From Variovorax sp. (GTDB lineage Bacteria; Pseudomonadota; Gammaproteobacteria; Burkholderiales; Burkholderiaceae_C), in the NCBI GenBank assembly GCA_031375105.1, contig JANMHJ010000040.1, positions 37,798 to 101,797 on the forward strand: a stretch of DNA of 64,000 nucleotides. Reading direction: 5' to 3'. Positions 60,760 through 64,000 of the stretch are shown one piece after another; within the stretch, counting starts at the first letter, position 1; each line of letters starts with the position of its first letter. Made by a program: the position numbers and the translations under genes. The notes under the pieces were generated by a model. It was not told where the DNA came from. It did no database searches and saw only the letters and a list, made by a program, of their open reading frames with translations.

Positions 60760-61319
60760 GATCCTTTTGGCAGGCGAGCTGCCAGCCATTCATGCACGTC
60801 GGCGCGAATGTGTCGACCTGCGAGTAGGAAGTCTTCGAAGCGGTTGGGCACATAGGGTGCGTAGAGCAGCGGCATACCGGCTTCTTCCGGTGTGCGCGCT
60901 GCTTTGCGTCCGTTGCATGCGCCGCAAGCTGTGACCAGATTCATCCAGCTCCATGCGCCGCCGCGTGATGCGGGCAGGATGTGCTCGCACTGCAGATCAC
61001 GCTCATGAAACTGGTCGCCGCAGTAAGCGCAGGTGAATCGGTCACGCCGAAACAGCTTGTGTTTACTGAAGCCGGGTACGATGTCAAACAAATTGACCCG
61101 TGCCGAGCCATGTAGCGCGATGATGGGATAGACCTCCAGTACCGAGGGCTTGCCGCGCGGCACATTGAAGCCGCCACGCAGCACAGCAAGCGGGCTCGCG
61201 CCCTCGCACCAAGCCACAGAATCTGCAGCCACATGCGTTGCCGCTTGTTCAAGAGAAATCCAAGCCTGCGGCGTGCCTTGAATATCGAGTTGCAGCACAT
61301 GGCTGCGATGGGTTTGCAT
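60747..61319 (-). CDS. HNH endonuclease embedded in the tRNA array
   Basis: CAYCGDQFHERDLQCEHILPASRGGAWSWMNLVTACGACNGRK HNH motif. AAGGAG RBS. Located between the tRNA-His gene and the minihelix. Confidence 0.75.
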   Translation of the reverse strand: MQTHRSHVLQLDIQGTPQAWISLEQAATHVAADSVAWCEGASPLAVLRGGFNVPRGKPSVLEVYPIIALHGSARVNLFDIVPGFSKHKLFRRDRFTCAYCGDQFHERDLQCEHILPASRGGAWSWMNLVTACGACNGRKAARTPEEAGMPLLYAPYVPNRFEDFLLAGRHIRADVHEWLAARLPKGSRLN

Positions 61320-61351
61320 GGCTGACTCCTTTCTGGCATGCGGTTTTGATA

Positions 61352-61426
61352 TGGGTTGTTCAACCAGATTCGAACTGGTGTCTTCAGGGTCACATCCTGA
61401 AATGCTGCCGCTGCACCATGAACAAC
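61352..61426 (-). tRNA. tRNA-His (GTG), with G-1 and encoded CCA; non-host-like sequence
   Basis: G(-1)-TTGTTCA-TG-GTGC…; anticodon arm TCAGG-ATGTGAC-CCTGA; T-arm ACCAG-TTCGAAT-CTGGT; acceptor TGAACAA; C73; CCA. G-1:C73 is diagnostic for His. Confidence 0.65.
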
Positions 61427-61431
61427 ATATT

Positions 61432-61509
61432 TGGTATCTCGTGAAGGATTCGAACCCTCAACCCCCGACTTCGTAAGACGGTGCTCTGATTCCGTTGAGC
61501 TAACGAGAT
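61432..61509 (-). tRNA. tRNA-Arg (ACG), CCA encoded; A1-U72, AT-rich acceptor
   Basis: ATCTCGT-TA-GCTC…GAGC-A-CCGTC-TTACGAA-GTCGG-GGGTT-GAGGG-TTCGAAT-CCTTC-ACGAGAT-A-CCA. One T·T mismatch in the anticodon stem. Confidence 0.7.
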
Positions 61510-61518
61510 AAAAACTGA

Positions 61519-61591
61519 CGCCCCGAGAAAGTCTCGAACTTCCAACCTGCGGATTTCGAGGCCGCTGCTCTGCCAATTGAGCAATCGGGAC
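61519..61591 (-). tRNA. Class-I (short variable loop) tRNA with CGA (Ser-type) anticodon; no encoded CCA; identity uncertain
   Basis: GTCCCGA-TT-GCTC-AATTGGCA-GAGC-A-GCGGC-CTCGAAA-TCCGC-AGGTT-GGAAG-TTCGAGA-CTTTC-TCGGGGC-G. Full cloverleaf but a 5-nt variable loop, which is incompatible with canonical tRNA-Ser. Confidence 0.45.
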
Positions 61592-61595
61592 ATAT

Positions 61596-61671
61596 TGGCG
61601 TCTCTTATCGGAGTCGAACCGATGGCTTTCTCCTAGACAGGGAGACACTCTGGCCACTGAGTTAACGAGAC
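61596..61671 (-). tRNA. tRNA-Asp (GTC), CCA encoded; pyrimidine at position 37
   Basis: GTCTCGT-TA-ACTC-AGTGGCCA-GAGT-G-TCTCC-CTGTCTA-GGAGA-AAGCC-ATCGG-TTCGACT-CCGAT-AAGAGAC-G-CCA. One G·A acceptor mismatch. Confidence 0.6.
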
Positions 61672-61677
61672 GAAAAT

Positions 61678-61752
61678 TGGCAAACCGCAGGGGTATCGAT
61701 CCCCTCTCTACAGATTGAAAGTCTGCTGGCCACACCTGCTGCCTCGCGGTTC
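61678..61752 (-). tRNA. tRNA-Glu (TTC)-like, CCA encoded; unusual A54 T-loop (ATCGATA)
   Basis: GAACCGC…GCAGA-CTTTCAA-TCTGT-AGAG-AGGGG-ATCGATA-CCCCT-GCGGTTT-G-CCA. The acceptor pairs include a G1·U72 wobble. Confidence 0.5.
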
Positions 61753-61757
61753 ATAAA

Positions 61758-61835
61758 TGGTCTGGGTGGCTGGCTTCGATCCAGCGGCCTCCTGCTTCCA
61801 AAGCAGGCCGTCTACCTGACTGACATTACACCCAG
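61758..61835 (-). tRNA. tRNA-Pro (TGG)-like, CCA encoded; C1-G72, extra nucleotide at 8-9, A54 T-loop
   Basis: CTGGGTG-TAA-TGTC-AGTCAGGTA-GACG-G-CCTGC-TTTGGAA-GCAGG-AGGCC-GCTGG-ATCGAAG-CCAGC-CACCCAG-A-CCA. Confidence 0.5.
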
Positions 61836-61841
61836 AAAAAT

Positions 61842-61918
61842 TGGTGCCCCAGGGGAGATTCGAACTCCCAGAATCCTGTGTCTGAGACAGGCATGTATGC
61901 CGGTTCCATCACCGGGGC
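61842..61918 (-). tRNA. Class-I (short variable loop) tRNA with CAG (Leu-type) anticodon, A73, CCA encoded; identity uncertain
   Basis: GCCCCGG-TG-ATGG…ACAT-G-CCTGT-CTCAGAC-ACAGG-ATTCT-GGGAG-TTCGAAT-CTCCC-CTGGGGC-A-CCA. First gene of the array (promoter-proximal). Confidence 0.45.
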
Positions 61919-61936
61919 GTGAAGTGTTGTGATTTC

Positions 61937-62076
61937 ACTTCGGCTGTGTCCACACGCGAAGACCCGCACATGCGGATCAAACTGTTCGCTGCACAGGCAA
62001 GAGCGACTTGCATGCACATGCGCTGCATCGCAGTTTGCGAGAATTCGAGCAGCGTGGTGTGTGGGCACACCCGAAG
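61937..62076. ncRNA. Structured leader or putative ncRNA upstream of the tRNA array: about 22-bp inverted repeat arms flanking about 100 nt rich in internal palindromes
   Basis: CACTTCGGCTGTGTCCACAC (61937-61956) matches the reverse complement of GTGTGTGGGCACACCCGAAGTG (62055-62076). The interior holds GCGAAGACCCGCACATGCGG…, TGCATGCA and related palindromes. Confidence 0.3.
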
Positions 62077-62195
62077 TGAAACGGCGTTTGATCTAACGAT
62101 CAAAACAGCCGAACTTCTTTTCAACAAATTGTTAAAGAACAGTGACGCATTTGCACAATGCAAAGCTGCGCCCTCATGGCACGATGACCACGATG

Positions 62196-62239
62196 AAAAA
62201 AGACAACAAAAAAGCCCGATCTCGTTTCCAAGACCGGGC
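62196..62239 (-). terminator. Orphan Rho-independent terminator on the minus strand, upstream of the tRNA-array promoter region
   Basis: Minus strand reads GCCCGGTCTTGGAAACGAGATCGGGC followed by TTTTTTGTTGTCTTTTTT. No convincing minus-strand ORF lies upstream of it. Confidence 0.5.
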
Positions 62240-62537
62240 CTACAGAGGTAGGTGAAGACGGTACGTGAGTTACACGTGACCCTCGCCCGGTGGGGCTGAA
62301 TAATCCAATGCCTTCGGCTCAAAGCCTAGGCGCGAGCTATGCATGACATTCAGCCGCGCACAGCCACACCAAGCCTGAGCGGCTAAGCGTGTGGGGGATG
62401 CGATACGGTTAAACATATGAAGCTCTTGAAAAAATTAAAATGCAGAAAACTGCGATAGAACGTAATGTAAAGACTCTTTACTGGATCGTCAACATCTGCG
62501 ACAATTATTTTTTGATTTCGTTGCGAATTTTCAACAC

Positions 62538-62933
62538 ATGCAAGACTTTTCCGTCAACGCCACAGTTGTGCGCCGCACCAATCTCAATATGCTTTTGCAT
62601 GAGTTTGTGAAAACCCGCATCGCGCAAGGTGCAGCGCCCAAAGGCTTGGAGCAGGAGTTTGCGCAGCAAATACAAATCTCCCCCAGTATGCTCAGCCAAA
62701 TCAAAAGCTCACGCCCGATTGGTGACAAGCTCGCGCGGCAAATTGAGGTGCTCTGCGGCTTGGCGGCACATTGGCTGGATGAGACGCAAGCTGTGGCAGA
62801 AGATTTGCCCAATGAGGCGGAAGATCACATCGCGGATTTGGCGCGCCAAGCTTGGCGGCAATGCAATGCCGAACAGAAACGCGAGCTGCGCTTGCATTTG
62901 CGTGCCTTGGCGCAGCCAGAAAAGAAAGCCTAA
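62538..62933 (+). CDS. XRE/Cro-type helix-turn-helix DNA-binding protein
   Basis: …EFAQQIQISPSMLSQIKSSRPIGDKLARQIEVLCGLAAHWLDE… is an HTH_XRE-like motif. Preceded by an AT-rich promoter region. Confidence 0.55.
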   Translation: MQDFSVNATVVRRTNLNMLLHEFVKTRIAQGAAPKGLEQEFAQQIQISPSMLSQIKSSRPIGDKLARQIEVLCGLAAHWLDETQAVAEDLPNEAEDHIADLARQAWRQCNAEQKRELRLHLRALAQPEKKA

Positions 62934-63592
62934 GCCATCAACGCTGGCAAATCTGCCATGCTGGTAAACACATGGGTTGCACCCACATCGCGCATGGCTT
63001 GCGCGCTCGAATGGCCGATTTCATCAGGGCAGTACGCGAAGACGGTGCAGCCAGCGGCCACGCCTGCTGTAGCGCCCGTGGTGCTGTCTTCAATCACGGC
63101 GCAGCGTTTGGAATCCACGCCCAGCGCTGCCGCCGCAGCTAAATACACATCGGGTGCAGGTTTGCTTTTGGGCATCTCTACGCCGCTGAAAATACGGCCT
63201 TCAAAGAAATGCAAGAGTCCGGTCTTGGTCAACTGCAACACGACCTTACCGCGATCAGCGCCGCTGGCGCAAGCCATTTTAGTGCCGTACACAACTTGCA
63301 GTTTGTTGAGTGCAGACTCAATATGTGGGATGGCTACTAGAGAGGCATGCAGCGCAGCATTGCGTCGTTTGCGGAAGGCTTCGATCCAAGCGTCATCCAC
63401 CTTCTGGCCTGTCTTGGCTTCGATCAATGGGCCTTGGTCTTGCACGAGTTTGCCGATGAACAGGCGCATGCATTCAGCCGATGTGAGCTGCCAGCCCATC
63501 TCGCCTAGCATCTGGCGCAGCACGCCATTGGAGATGTGTTCGCTGTCTACCAACACCCCATCGCAATCAAACAAAATCGCGTCAAACTTCAT
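62930..63592 (-). CDS. HAD-superfamily hydrolase (subfamily IA, beta-phosphoglucomutase-like)
   Basis: MKFDAILFDCDGVLVDSE (motif I DxDG), …S/T motif II, and K…DD motif (AVIEDSTTG). Confidence 0.8.
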   Translation of the reverse strand: MKFDAILFDCDGVLVDSEHISNGVLRQMLGEMGWQLTSAECMRLFIGKLVQDQGPLIEAKTGQKVDDAWIEAFRKRRNAALHASLVAIPHIESALNKLQVVYGTKMACASGADRGKVVLQLTKTGLLHFFEGRIFSGVEMPKSKPAPDVYLAAAAALGVDSKRCAVIEDSTTGATAGVAAGCTVFAYCPDEIGHSSAQAMRDVGATHVFTSMADLPALMA

Positions 63593-63674
63593 ATCTGCTT
63601 CCGATAAAACTGTATTCTAATTGCTATCAATAAATGAGCAATCCGCGCTTATTCTATAACGGCGTGTGGCTGAT

Positions 63675-63887
63675 TTAGATCGAAACATCCGGCTTGAGCG
63701 GTAGATTGCTCTCGATGGCTTGCATCACGCCTGTGCTGTGGGGTGCGATGCCGTATTCGCGTAGATTTTTACGCAGCTCATAAGCATCCACTTCATTCCA
63801 AGTCAGCCCGCATTCGAGGCAGGCATGCGAATGCGCGTTGTCTAGAAACACGGGTTTGCCTATTGCTCCGGCCCGATGAAGTATCAA
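63675..63887 (-). CDS. Hypothetical small protein (70 aa; TTG start in ORF track)
   Basis: MILHRAGAIGKPVFLDNAHSHACLECGL… with no recognisable motif. May be the 3' part of a frameshifted or longer gene running into the window edge. Confidence 0.2.
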   Translation of the reverse strand: MILHRAGAIGKPVFLDNAHSHACLECGLTWNEVDAYELRKNLREYGIAPHSTGVMQAIESNLPLKPDVSI

Positions 63888-64000
63888 GCCGCATACTGAA
63901 CTCGCTTGTCTTGAAAGTAGCGCATCACACGCTCAGGGTTTTGCTCCAACATCGTCATATGCTCGACTGTTGCAGCGCGTAACTTGGCTTTTGTGCGCAC

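Noticed and set aside
61909-62322. ORFs of 110 aa (+) and 137 aa (-) in the tRNA-array upstream region
   Set aside because: No RBS. Cys/Arg-rich composition typical of spurious GC-rich frames. The region is dominated by inverted repeats and a terminator, so it is treated as non-coding.

Overview
This 64 kb window is high-GC and reads as a betaproteobacterial (Burkholderiales/Comamonadaceae-like) chromosome: mostly core genes, with several accessory insertions. All calls below are from reading the sequence and ORF track; no searches were run.

Core content, left to right:
- A polar amino-acid ABC transporter (two permeases plus binding protein) and a Bug/TctC binding protein.
- An acyl-CoA synthetase, ffh, a ccsA/ypjD-like membrane protein, PP0621 with a PilS/PilR-like two-component pair, and ampD.
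- nrdAB preceded by two textbook NrdR boxes, then a histone H1-like protein, a YqaA/DedA membrane protein, dusB-fis and purH.
- A retropepsin-like protease, a crotonase, a phasin/PhaM-like Lys/Ala-tailed protein and a FIST protein.
- A ceramidase-like membrane hydrolase translationally coupled to an MFS(LplT)-acyltransferase fusion.
- A SulP-STAS-cNMP-binding transporter fusion.
- A roughly 15 kb reductive pyrimidine-catabolism island: cytosine-deaminase-like amidohydrolase, creatininase-family protein, FAD oxidase, PreT/PreA, dihydropyrimidinase, M20 carbamoylase, a RutR-like regulator and two NitT/TauT-type ABC systems.
- A stand-alone aceE next to lrp, alaX, two tandem paralogous secreted proteins of unknown function, a Phd/UPF0175-DUF3368(PIN) toxin-antitoxin pair, and dsbD with a redoxin.

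The most unusual region is 56.8-62.3 kb. A minus-strand array of seven tightly packed, AT-rich, non-host-like tRNA genes (His, Arg, Asp, Glu, Pro, plus two class-I tRNAs carrying Ser CGA and Leu CAG anticodons) has an HNH endonuclease ORF embedded in it. It is followed by a tRNA-like minihelix fused to a decayed tRNA-Ile-like gene, and then, co-oriented, an SPFH protein, the RNA ligase RtcB and a DUF2726 (NERD-like) protein. This looks like a mobile, possibly phage-derived, tRNA supply/repair cassette.

A second foreign pocket of about 47% GC, next to ffh, carries a free-standing HNH endonuclease with homing-endonuclease-associated repeats.
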